A stretch of 32,000 bases of DNA from Gemmata obscuriglobus. GTDB lineage: Bacteria; Planctomycetota; Planctomycetia; Gemmatales; Gemmataceae. Both the position numbers and the translations under genes were made by a program. The stretch's first letter is position 1. Each line of letters starts with the position of its first letter. Shown piece after piece: positions 18,080 through 25,845 of this stretch. Where the stretch lies: positions 7,140,001 to 7,172,000 of the forward strand of contig NZ_CP042911.1 of assembly GCF_008065095.1 (NCBI RefSeq). The letters run 5' to 3'. The notes beneath the pieces were generated by a model, which saw only the letters and a program-made list of their open reading frames with translations, had not been told where the DNA came from and made no database searches.

Positions 18080-19273
18080 ATGTCCGTCCGTCCGCCGACC
18101 GACCCGCGCCCCGGCGCGCGGGTCGCGTTCATCACGCACTACACCGAGCTGTACGGGGCCAACCTGTCCCTGCTGAACCTCATTGAGGGGCTGAGCGGGC
18201 ACGGGGTGCGCGCGCACGTGATCTGCCCCGAATCCGGCGATCTGCTCGGCGCTCTGGAGCGGGGCGGGGTGCCGGTCGCGGTGCTGCCGTTCGAGTGGTG
18301 GGTCTCGACCGACCGCACGGCCGACGGGGTCGCGCGGCGGGCGCTCCGAAACGTCCGCCGCTTGCGGGCCGTCGCCGCGCAACTCCGTGAGTGGGGGACG
18401 GACCTCGTCTACTCGAACTCGTCGGTGTTCGCGATCGGGGCTATGGCCGCGGCCGAACTCGACCTGCCGCACGTGTGGCACCTGCGCGAGTTCGGCGACC
18501 GTGATTACGACCTGTGGCCGGACCTCGGCCCCAGCCTGTCGCGGCTCGTGTTCCGCACCGCGGACGCCACCGTGTTCGTGTCGCACGCTTTGAAGCAAGC
18601 CTTCCTGGGCAACCGGAAGGTGCGGAACTCGCACGTCATTTACAACGGGGTCGGGAACGAGGCCACGTTCGCCGAGCGGCGCCGGGCGGCCGACGCGCTC
18701 CGCGGGCGCCGGCAGCCGTTCACCTTCGTGCTGGTGGGCCGGTTCCGCGAGAGCAAGGGGCAGGCGATCGCGATCCGGGCGTTCGCCCGCCTCGCCGAGC
18801 GGTTCCCCGACACGCGCCTGCTGCTCGTGGGCGGGTCGGGCGCGACCGGGGACCAGGCGTACTTCGACGAGTGCCGCGCGCTCCCCGCGCGGCTCGGCGT
18901 CGCGGACCGGGTGGAGTTCTGGGGCTACATCCCGGACCCGGAGCGGGCGTTCCTGGCCGCGGACGCGGCGCTCATGTGCTCGCGGAACGAGGCGATGGGT
19001 CGGGTGACCGCGGAGGCGATGTCGGTGTGCCGCCCGGTGATCGGGTACGACAGCGGCGGCACCAGCGAGTTGATCGCGCCGGACCGCACCGGCTTCCTCT
19101 ACAAGGGCGGCCCCGACGCGCTCGCCGGGTGCATGGCGCGTTACGTCGCCGACCCCGCACTGGCCCGGGCACACGGCGAAGCGGGCTGGGAGTTGGCCCG
19201 CTCGCGCCACACCACCGAGGGGTACGCGGCTCAGATCCACGCGGTCATCGCCGGGGTGCTGGGGCGGGGGTGA
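18080..19273 (+). CDS. Glycosyltransferase family 4 (GT-B fold)
   Basis: 397 aa. The N-terminal Rossmann-like half begins RVAFITHY...GANLSLLNL. The C-terminal half contains LLLVGG...YFDEC...CSRNEAMGRVTAEAMSVCRPVIGYDSGGTSELI, the EX7E-type region. Confidence 0.8.
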   Translation: MSVRPPTDPRPGARVAFITHYTELYGANLSLLNLIEGLSGHGVRAHVICPESGDLLGALERGGVPVAVLPFEWWVSTDRTADGVARRALRNVRRLRAVAAQLREWGTDLVYSNSSVFAIGAMAAAELDLPHVWHLREFGDRDYDLWPDLGPSLSRLVFRTADATVFVSHALKQAFLGNRKVRNSHVIYNGVGNEATFAERRRAADALRGRRQPFTFVLVGRFRESKGQAIAIRAFARLAERFPDTRLLLVGGSGATGDQAYFDECRALPARLGVADRVEFWGYIPDPERAFLAADAALMCSRNEAMGRVTAEAMSVCRPVIGYDSGGTSELIAPDRTGFLYKGGPDALAGCMARYVADPALARAHGEAGWELARSRHTTEGYAAQIHAVIAGVLGRG

Positions 19274-19281
19274 AGCGGGCC

Positions 19282-19412
19282 GGTTTGTGACTCCCTGGGA
19301 CCGCGGACGTCCCGTCCGCTGGCTGGCGCGTCGGGCCGCGACACAACCATCCGCCAAGCAAAACACCAGAAGTTGCCGGCGGGACGTTTGCGGCCCGAGG
19401 GAGCCACAAACC
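19282..19412. repeat. Long-range imperfect inverted repeat filling the convergent intergenic region
   Basis: ggtttgtgactccctgggaccgc (19282-19304) pairs with gcggcccgagggagccacaaacc (19390-19412) at 20 of 23 positions. An inner acgtcccg/cgggacgt pairing is also present. Confidence 0.4.
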
Positions 19413-19427
19413 AGCCACGCACCTGAC

Positions 19428-20030
19428 TCAACCCGTTGGCGCGGCGCCGCCCTCGATCTGGCGCCGCAACTCGGTGCTGGAAACGTCGGCGCGGAAGTCG
19501 GCCTCCGTGAGCGGCACGAACAGTTCCCCGAACGCCTCCAGTTCGCCCGGCGTCTCCCACACCCGAAACGCCCCGCCCGGGTCGAGCCGCCCGCCGACCA
19601 CGAGCTTGCACCCGCGGTCGATGAGCTTCCGCAAGGCGCGGTCGCGGCCCGCCTCGCCGCCGTAGTATTTGGGGTTCACGACGCGGACCGCCGTGTCCCA
19701 CCCGAGCACCAGCGCCGCGCCCGGGAACAGGTCGGCCTTCTTCTCGAACGCCGCCGCCCGCGTCACCCACACCAGTCCGACCCCGGCGAACTGTTTCACC
19801 CGCCGCTCGACCTCGTCCGGCGGCAGTTCGGGCTTGTCCGCGTTCTGGACCGACAGTTCGAAGTGGACCTCGACCCCGAGCCGCGCCGCGGCGATAGCGG
19901 CGAGCCCGGTGTGCCCGTGGTGCAGCGGGTTGAACGACCCGGGCAGGATCGCACGCGGGCGCGGGTGGGTGCGAACCGCTCCGGCCGCTTCAACGCACAC
20001 GATCCCGCGCTCCTGGAACAGGTTCCACAT
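19428..20030 (-). CDS. Cytidylyltransferase-fold nucleotidyltransferase (NMNAT/NadD-like)
   Basis: 200 aa. GSFNPLHHGH matches the (H/T)xGH nucleotidyltransferase motif, and an SSTELR-like motif lies near the C-terminus. Confidence 0.65.
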   Translation of the reverse strand: MWNLFQERGIVCVEAAGAVRTHPRPRAILPGSFNPLHHGHTGLAAIAAARLGVEVHFELSVQNADKPELPPDEVERRVKQFAGVGLVWVTRAAAFEKKADLFPGAALVLGWDTAVRVVNPKYYGGEAGRDRALRKLIDRGCKLVVGGRLDPGGAFRVWETPGELEAFGELFVPLTEADFRADVSSTELRRQIEGGAAPTG

Positions 20031-20049
20031 CGAATCGCTCGCAAGGCAA

Positions 20050-20130
20050 TTTTGACAGGATCAACAGGATAAACAGGATCGTGACAGTGCTGTGCTTTCA
20101 ATCCTGTATATCCTGTTGATCCTGTCAAAA
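20050..20130. repeat. 81-nt hairpin element built from ACAGGAT heptads (copy 1)
   Basis: 30-nt arms (20050-20079 and 20101-20130) pair with a single mismatch around a 21-nt loop. Each arm is 3 x ACAGGAT in a 9-bp register. Confidence 0.85.
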
Positions 20131-20209
20131 CTCTTTGTTACCTGTTCGTCCCTATGGGGCTCAAAAAACGAACATCAATCGCGGAGCTATTTGGATCGCT
20201 CGAAAGTCA

Positions 20210-20290
20210 TTTCGACAGAATCGACAGGATACACAGGATCAAGACAATGCCGTGTTTTCAATCCTGTGTATCCTGTTGATCCTGTCAAAA
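20210..20290. repeat. 81-nt hairpin element built from ACAGGAT heptads (copy 2)
   Basis: Arms 20210-20239 and 20261-20290 pair with 2 mismatches and 1 G:T. The 21-nt loop resembles that of copy 1 and ends in the same tttca. Confidence 0.85.
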
Positions 20291-20305
20291 TGACTCTTAC
20301 CACAT

Positions 20306-22396
20306 TCAGCGCGCGCGGGGTTCAACGCCCATGAGGTTGCGCACGAAGAAGTCCATCCGGCGGCGGCTGCCGTAGGGCGACTCCGCGATCCCGTGCCCGC
20401 CGCCCGGCACCACCAGCAGCTCGAAGTCCTTGTCGGCCCGGATCAGCGCGTTCGCCACCTGGAGCGTGCTCGCCGGGTCCACGTTGCGGTCCAGCTCGCC
20501 GACCACCAGCAGCAGCTTCCCCTTGAGCTTGTGCGCCTGGGTCACGTTCGACTGCTCCGCGTAATGCGGGCCGACCGGCCAGGACATCCACAGCTCGTTC
20601 CACCAGATCTTGTCCATGCGGTTGTCGTGGCACCCGCAGTCGCTCACCGCCACGGTGTAGAAGTCGCCGAACGCGAGCACCGCCCGGGTGCTGCTCTGGC
20701 CCCCGGCCGAGCCGCCGAAGATGCCCACCCCCTTCGACAGGTCCATCTCCTTGTACTTCTCCGCCGCGGCCTTGATCCACAGGATGCGGTCCGGGAACCC
20801 GCTGTCGCCGAGGTTCTTCCAGCACACGTCGTGGAACGCCTTGCTGCGCCAGTTGGTGCCCATGCCGTCGATCTTCACGATGATGAACCCGAGCTCGGCC
20901 ATCCGCTGCTCGTAGGGCGCGGGGCTGAACCCCTTGCGCACGTGGTGGTCGTGCGGGCCGGCGTAGATGTGCTCGATGACCGGGTACTTCTTGCTCGGGT
21001 CAAAGTTGCTGGGGCGCACGATGTACCCGTGGATGTCGGTCGTGCCGTCGCGGCCCTTCGCGACGAACCGCTCCGGGTACCGCCAGCCGGTCTTGAGCAG
21101 CTCCGCGGCGTCGGCCTTTTCCAGATCGCACACCTTCTTGCCGTCCGCGGTGCGGCGCAACTCCACCACCGGTGGCAGGTCCACACGCGAGTAGGTGTCG
21201 ATCAGGTGCTTGCGGTCCGGGGAGTATTCGACCGTGTGGGTGCCGTCACCGTCGGTGAGCTTCACCAGCCCGGTGCCGTCGAGCTTGATCCGGCAGAAGT
21301 GGACGTGGTACGGGTCCTGATCGGGGTGAACCCCCAGCGCCCGGAACCACACCTCGCGGTTCTTCACGTCCACCCGCTCGACCCCGCGGACCACCCACTC
21401 GCCCTTCGTGATGTTGCGGGCCTTCCCGGTGGCGAGGTCGATCAAGTACAGATGGTTCCAGCCGTCGCGCTCGCTCATCCAGACGGCCTCGTTGGTGTCG
21501 TCAAGGTACTGGACGAAGAGCTTGTTGGCGTAGTCGAAGAACGTCTTGCACTCCTCGTTCACCACCGCCGTGACCTTGCCCGACTCGGCGTCGATCGCGA
21601 GCAGCCGCATGACCGTGTGGCCGCGCTGGTTGTACGTGAAGTAGAACCGCTTCGAGTCCGGCGCCCAGTGCTCGAACCCGGTGTCCCACGGGTTCGGGAA
21701 CAGCTCGTCCGAGGTGGCGACCTCTTTCTTGGCGGCCACGTCGAACAGGTGCGGCTTGGACAGCGGGATCGGGTCGCCCGGCTTGAGGTAGTTGAGCGTG
21801 GAGGTTTTGGGCTGGAGCTGGTCCCGCGGCGACGACTCGACCAGCGTCACCTTGCGGTCGCCGCCGGCCTTGGTCTTGATGGCGATCAGCTTCTGGGAGT
21901 CGGGCGCCCAGAACACGGTTCCGTAGCTGTCGCCGGGCTTGCCGTCGGTGCTGAGCTGCGTCTCCTCTTTCGTCTTGGTGTCGCGGAGCCAGACGTTCGA
22001 GTCCTTGAGGAACGTGGCCCACTTCCCGTCGGGCGACTCGGCCCCGCGGCGGGGCGGCTGCGCGAGCCGCACGAACGTGTCGCCGCCCTCGTCGGCCGCG
22101 TCGAACCGCTTCTTCTTGGGCGGGGGCGTGGGCTTGGCGTCTTTCGGGAGCTTGTCCTCCGCGACGACCTCCCGCGTGCCCTTGACCATATCGACCAGCA
22201 CGAACTCCTTATTGGCGTTCTGGTACCAGAACTGCTGACCGTCCGGGGTCCAGTTGGGCGCCACCTTCGTGGCGGTAACCTTGCCGGCGGTCCATTTGCC
22301 GACGGAGTTGGCGCGCTCGTAGTCCTGCTTGGTGCCCTGTGCGGCACCGATGTGGGCGAACGTGAGCAGCGCGAGGAGCGCGAAAACGCGAGGCAT
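20306..22396 (-). CDS. Secreted S9-family serine peptidase (dipeptidyl-peptidase IV-like: N-terminal propeller plus prolyl-oligopeptidase catalytic domain)
   Basis: 696 aa with signal peptide MPRVFALLALLTFAHIGAAQG. The propeller region includes WTPDGQQFWY and SPDGKW. The catalytic domain has GIFGGSAGG (GxSxG), LLVVGELDRNV and VVPGGGHG. Confidence 0.85.
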   Translation of the reverse strand: MPRVFALLALLTFAHIGAAQGTKQDYERANSVGKWTAGKVTATKVAPNWTPDGQQFWYQNANKEFVLVDMVKGTREVVAEDKLPKDAKPTPPPKKKRFDAADEGGDTFVRLAQPPRRGAESPDGKWATFLKDSNVWLRDTKTKEETQLSTDGKPGDSYGTVFWAPDSQKLIAIKTKAGGDRKVTLVESSPRDQLQPKTSTLNYLKPGDPIPLSKPHLFDVAAKKEVATSDELFPNPWDTGFEHWAPDSKRFYFTYNQRGHTVMRLLAIDAESGKVTAVVNEECKTFFDYANKLFVQYLDDTNEAVWMSERDGWNHLYLIDLATGKARNITKGEWVVRGVERVDVKNREVWFRALGVHPDQDPYHVHFCRIKLDGTGLVKLTDGDGTHTVEYSPDRKHLIDTYSRVDLPPVVELRRTADGKKVCDLEKADAAELLKTGWRYPERFVAKGRDGTTDIHGYIVRPSNFDPSKKYPVIEHIYAGPHDHHVRKGFSPAPYEQRMAELGFIIVKIDGMGTNWRSKAFHDVCWKNLGDSGFPDRILWIKAAAEKYKEMDLSKGVGIFGGSAGGQSSTRAVLAFGDFYTVAVSDCGCHDNRMDKIWWNELWMSWPVGPHYAEQSNVTQAHKLKGKLLLVVGELDRNVDPASTLQVANALIRADKDFELLVVPGGGHGIAESPYGSRRRMDFFVRNLMGVEPRAR

Positions 22397-22502
22397 GTTG
22401 GGGTCTCAGAAGCGGTTAGAAGTTCCGAGTGCGTACTGGAGAGTTGGGCATCCAGGGCGCGCCCTGTGCCACGCCCGGCACCCCGACGGGGTGCAAGACC
22501 GG

Positions 22503-22564
22503 GGCAAAAGAGCGAAGTCAAAACGGGTGCTCTGCTTTTGAGCTTTTGACTTCGCCCTTTTGCC
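22503..22564. repeat. 62-nt hairpin with 21-nt arms, 3' of argG
   Basis: ggcaaaagagcgaagtcaaaa (22503-22523) pairs with ttttgacttcgcccttttgcc (22544-22564) at 20 of 21 positions, around a 20-nt loop. A second short hairpin, gcaccccg-a-cggggtgc, lies at 22478-22494. Confidence 0.75.
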
Positions 22565-22620
22565 TTGTTTCCCGCCCCGGAGAGGAAGGGGGCGGCACCG
22601 GCGGGGGCGGTACGGTGTGG

Positions 22621-23880
22621 TTATCGCGCGGCCCACGCCGGCGCGGTGACCTGGTGGTTGGCGGCCAGGGCGCGGGCGCTCACCTGGAGCACCCGCAAGA
22701 ACCCTTCGCTGTCGGCGTGGTCGAACGAGCCGATCGCCTCCATGCTCGCGTTCGCCTCCGAGTACAACTGGTGCGGCACGTCCTCCGCCGCCTCGAACTC
22801 GGCCCGGCCCTTGTACAGCTTCAGCTTGATGGTGCCGGTGGCGAGCCGCGTGATCGGCGCGAGCGCCGAGCGGGCCATGTGCGTCGCGAGGTCGAACCCG
22901 TAGCCCTGGTAGATCTGCTTGCTGACGAACTGCGACAGGTGGTCGAACAGCTCGCGGCTGCGGCGGTCCAGCACCAGTTGCAGCAGGTACGCGTAGGCGG
23001 TGCCGAGCAGTTCCATCCCGGGCGCCTCGTACACGCCGCGGCTCTTGATCCCGACGAACCGGTTCTCGACGAGGTGCGTCGCGATCCCGACGGCGTGCTT
23101 GCCGCCCAGCGCGTTGGCCGTCTGGATCGCCTGGAACGCCGTCGTCGCCGTGCCGTTGATGGCGACCGGGCGGCCCTGCTCGAACCGCACGGTCACGCTC
23201 TCGGGCGCGTCCGGGGCGTCCTTCGGGAGCACGCCCATGCCCGGGGTGACGAACCACGGCTCGGTGGTGAGGTGCTCGAGCTTGCCGGCCTCGTGGGTGA
23301 GGCCGAGCAGGTTCGCGTCGGTGGAGTACGGCGCGCTCTTGCTCGCCTTGATGGGCAGCTTGTGGCCGTTACAGTAGTCGATCATCTCGGACCGGCCGGG
23401 GAACCGCTTGAGGAACTCGCGGTCCCGCCACGGGGCGTACACCGTGACCTCGGGGGCCAGCATGTTGGTGCAGAGCTGGAACCGCACCTGGTCGTTGCCG
23501 CGGCCGGTGGCCCCGTGGCTCAGCACGGTGGCGCCGCGCTTCCTCATCTCGGGGATCATCCCGGCGACGATGACGTGCCGCCCGATGCCGGTGGTGTTCC
23601 AGTAGTTGCCCTCGTACTTCGCCTGGAACTGGATCACCTCCAGGCCGCTCTCGGCGATCATCTCGTGCAGCGGGATGGCGACGTAGTCCGCGGCCCCGCA
23701 GGCCCGCATCCGGGTCCCGACCTCGTCGAAGTTGGACTCGTCCGGCTGGGCGATGTCGGCGGTGAAGCACACGACCTTGACGCCGCTCTCGGTGAGCCAC
23801 TTGGTGACGGTGCAGGAGTCGAGCCCCCCGCTCGCGGCGAACGCAACGGTCTGGCCCTTCAGGTCGGCAACGGTGGTCAT
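22621..23880 (-). CDS. argG: Argininosuccinate synthase (long, E. coli-type)
   Basis: 419 aa. AFAASGGLDS is the ATP-pyrophosphatase SGGxDS motif. Other matches are AYSTDANLLGLTHEAGKLE, VTVRFEQGRPVAINGT and VENRFVGIKSRGVYEAPGMELL. Confidence 0.93.
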   Translation of the reverse strand: MTTVADLKGQTVAFAASGGLDSCTVTKWLTESGVKVVCFTADIAQPDESNFDEVGTRMRACGAADYVAIPLHEMIAESGLEVIQFQAKYEGNYWNTTGIGRHVIVAGMIPEMRKRGATVLSHGATGRGNDQVRFQLCTNMLAPEVTVYAPWRDREFLKRFPGRSEMIDYCNGHKLPIKASKSAPYSTDANLLGLTHEAGKLEHLTTEPWFVTPGMGVLPKDAPDAPESVTVRFEQGRPVAINGTATTAFQAIQTANALGGKHAVGIATHLVENRFVGIKSRGVYEAPGMELLGTAYAYLLQLVLDRRSRELFDHLSQFVSKQIYQGYGFDLATHMARSALAPITRLATGTIKLKLYKGRAEFEAAEDVPHQLYSEANASMEAIGSFDHADSEGFLRVLQVSARALAANHQVTAPAWAAR

Positions 23881-23954
23881 TTCGGTGTCCCTTGATAGCT
23901 GCTGACGGATAGGATTACGGAACTCGGCCGGCGTTGCACACGGAGTTCCCCTTC

Positions 23955-24401
23955 ATGCCGCCGTTCACCACCCTCGTGCTTCCCGACGCCCTGCGCGCCG
24001 AAGTGGTCGCGCACGCCCGCGGCGAGTTCCCCTTCGAGTGCTGCGGGCTGCTCGCGGGCACCATCGACGCCGGCGCCGGGGTGGCGACCGCGCGGTTCCC
24101 AATCCGGAACGCGCTGCGGAGCCCGACCGACTACCTGACGGACGCCCGCGGCATGTTCGACGCGTTCCGCGCGATGCGGGCGGGCGGTCTGGAACTGCTG
24201 GCGGTCTACCACTCGCACCCCGCGTCCGCCCCGGTGCCGAGCGCACGCGACCTCGCCAATAACACCTACGGCGAGACCGTCGTCCACGTGATTGTGGGTC
24301 TGGGCGGCGCCGAGCCGGAGGTGCGCGGCTGGTGGCTGGGCGAAAGCGACTACCGCGAAGCCGCGGTGACCGGCACCCGTCAAGATTTTCTGCCACAATA
24401 G
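23955..24401 (+). CDS. JAMM/MPN+ (Mov34) metalloprotease-family protein
   Basis: I prefer the ATG at 23955 to the TTG at 23934. The upstream Glu sits in EFPFECCGLLAG. YHSHPASAPVPSARD matches HxHx7Sx2D. Confidence 0.8.
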   Translation: MPPFTTLVLPDALRAEVVAHARGEFPFECCGLLAGTIDAGAGVATARFPIRNALRSPTDYLTDARGMFDAFRAMRAGGLELLAVYHSHPASAPVPSARDLANNTYGETVVHVIVGLGGAEPEVRGWWLGESDYREAAVTGTRQDFLPQ

Positions 24402-24426
24402 ATTTCGCATTAACATGTTGCGCCGT

Positions 24427-24619
24427 TTTCATTCTCGTCGAACGGAAACCGAGCGATGTTCGGTCAGGAGCATTATCCGGGTTTTGCGGGCGCGATTCGT
24501 TGGTCGCAAGGCACCAGCGAACGGGTAGCGAATCGCCAGCGGCAGCGGTAGCTCGTGTCCCGTCACCCGCCCCGTTCGCCGATGCCGCTCGTGCCGCGGG
24601 TGTAACCCCCGTTACAGCC
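24427..24619 (+). repeat. Copy B of the intergenic repeat; its partner is at 2643-2820 (-)
   Basis: It shares the same colinear blocks as copy A and ends in the hairpin TGTAACCCCCGTTACA (24601-24616). It lies in the 810-bp gap between the convergent 3' ends at 24401 and 25212. Confidence 0.7.
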
Positions 24620-25063
24620 CCGCGTGGTGGAACCTTGGTCACGCGCTTCGCACGGCGCCCGCTGCGGCCCTTACCTTCCCCTATCTACCTGATGGCACCG
24701 GGCTCCGCGGTTCGCACGATCGACGCACGGACCTGTGGCGAATGAGTTCCTCGGCAGCGCTGCCTTCGGCTCGGATGTGAACGTCCCGACTGGGTGAGCT
24801 GGTGAAGAAGTGTCTTACTGGGCGCCGCCGACGCGCTCGTCCGCCCGCTGATGGACGGCGTGCCGAATGCGGTTCGCCGCCCCCGCGGACAGGTCCGCAA
24901 GTCGGCTCCGCGCTTGAACCGGGTTCATGCTCGGTCGCGTGATTCGCGCAACGCCGGTGCGGCCCTATCCCCTCATTAACCTGATGACAACGCCTCTCAC
25001 GGCTCGTCTCGGTCAACGCCGACCGGCACAACCCAAAGATCACCGGGATGCGCTCCGGACACC

Positions 25064-25201
25064 CTCATTCACGGTCCGGGTGGCTGAGTCTGTTTCTTGT
25101 GGCACAGACATTCCTGTCTGTGCAGTCTTCTCGCGCCGCACAGACAGGAATGTCTGTGCCACAAGAACAAACCCAAAGCAGGCACCCGTAACCGGATCGT
25201 G
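25064..25201. repeat. Nested palindromic element, GTGGCACAGACA family (copy P1)
   Basis: Perfect 30-nt core arms (25094-25123 and 25138-25167) flank a 14-nt loop. Each arm itself holds a small hairpin, gcacagaca-ttcc-tgtctgtgc. The outer arms are degenerate and begin with ctcattcacggtccgg. It ends 11 nt from the SET gene stop. Confidence 0.8.
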
Positions 25202-25211
25202 TATCAGCCGC

Positions 25212-25601
25212 TCAGCCGGGCGGCGGGCTCAGGAGGGCGGCGAAGTCGGCCTCGTCCCACCCGTAATCGATCATGATCTGCTCGCCCGCGGTGATGTCGC
25301 GCATGGCCCGGATCACGATGTCGGTCCGCGACTCCCGGGGCGTGAAGCGGGCGTTCGGGCTCGCCGAGTGGTTGTACAGCGACCCGTAGCCGAGCGCGAT
25401 GGCCCGGCCGTTCTCGCCCCACCAGAACACGTACCGCTCCAGCACCCGCCCGGGGTCCGTCGGCGCCGGGTCCGGCAGCGGGATCACCGGGCACACTTCG
25501 ATCACTTCGCCGCGGTGGTAATCGCGCCCGGCGAACACCCCGCGACCCATGCCGCGAACCTTGCGAATGTACAGCGCGGAGCCGGAGCTAACGGAACTCA
25601 T
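25212..25601 (-). CDS. SET-domain protein (putative lysine methyltransferase)
   Basis: 129 aa. GRGVFAGRDYHRGEVI, SLYNHSASPNA (the NHS motif) and GEQIMIDYG match the SET-domain core signatures. Confidence 0.8.
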   Translation of the reverse strand: MSSVSSGSALYIRKVRGMGRGVFAGRDYHRGEVIEVCPVIPLPDPAPTDPGRVLERYVFWWGENGRAIALGYGSLYNHSASPNARFTPRESRTDIVIRAMRDITAGEQIMIDYGWDEADFAALLSPPPG

Positions 25602-25699
25602 ACGCGGGCCGTCGGTGATCGGTTGATATCGGTCGTTTTCGCTGTATCGGCCGGGCGGGGCGGTGAGCTTGAGTCAGCCCTGCGCGCGGAGTGTGAAGG

Positions 25700-25715
25700 T
25701 GTAACGAGGGTTACA
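25700..25715. promoter_or_regulatory. 16-bp palindrome TGTAAC-N4-GTTACA (third copy in the window)
   Basis: Read on the minus strand it is cgcacgTGTAACCCTCGTTACA. The 16-mer is identical to the one in repeat copy A (2646-2661), and copy B has TGTAACCCCCGTTACA. It lies about 100 nt upstream of the SET start codon. Confidence 0.5.
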
Positions 25716-25770
25716 CGTGCGAAACTTGAGAGCCGGGTTGGTGAGGTTTCGTGCGGAAATGTGACCGAGC

Positions 25771-25837
25771 ACAAAATAAAAGAACCGGCCGCGAACTACC
25801 GAACTGTCGCCCATTCAGTTCGATGCCCGCGGCCGGT
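25771..25837 (-). terminator. Intrinsic-terminator-like hairpin on the minus strand inside a divergent promoter region
   Basis: The minus strand reads ACCGGCCGCG-ggcat-CGAACTG-aatgggcga-CAGTTCG-gtagtt-CGCGGCCGGT, giving 10-bp and 7-bp stems. It is followed directly by tcttttattttgt. Confidence 0.55.
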
Positions 25838-25845
25838 CTGAAGAG

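Noticed and set aside
20050-20290. Possible CRISPR array (repeated ~30-nt units with spacers)
   Set aside because: The units are inverted arms of two hairpins, not direct repeats separated by unique spacers. There are only two elements, and the window has no cas genes.
15642-23895. Other long shadow ORFs: 15642-17774 (-), 15731-16663 (-), 17555-19366 (-), 20393-22549 (+), 22429-23895 (+)
   Set aside because: Each overlaps, on the opposite strand, a gene with clear family signatures (PVC protein, OsmC/GT4, S9 peptidase, ArgG), and each has Arg/Pro/Gly-dominated composition.
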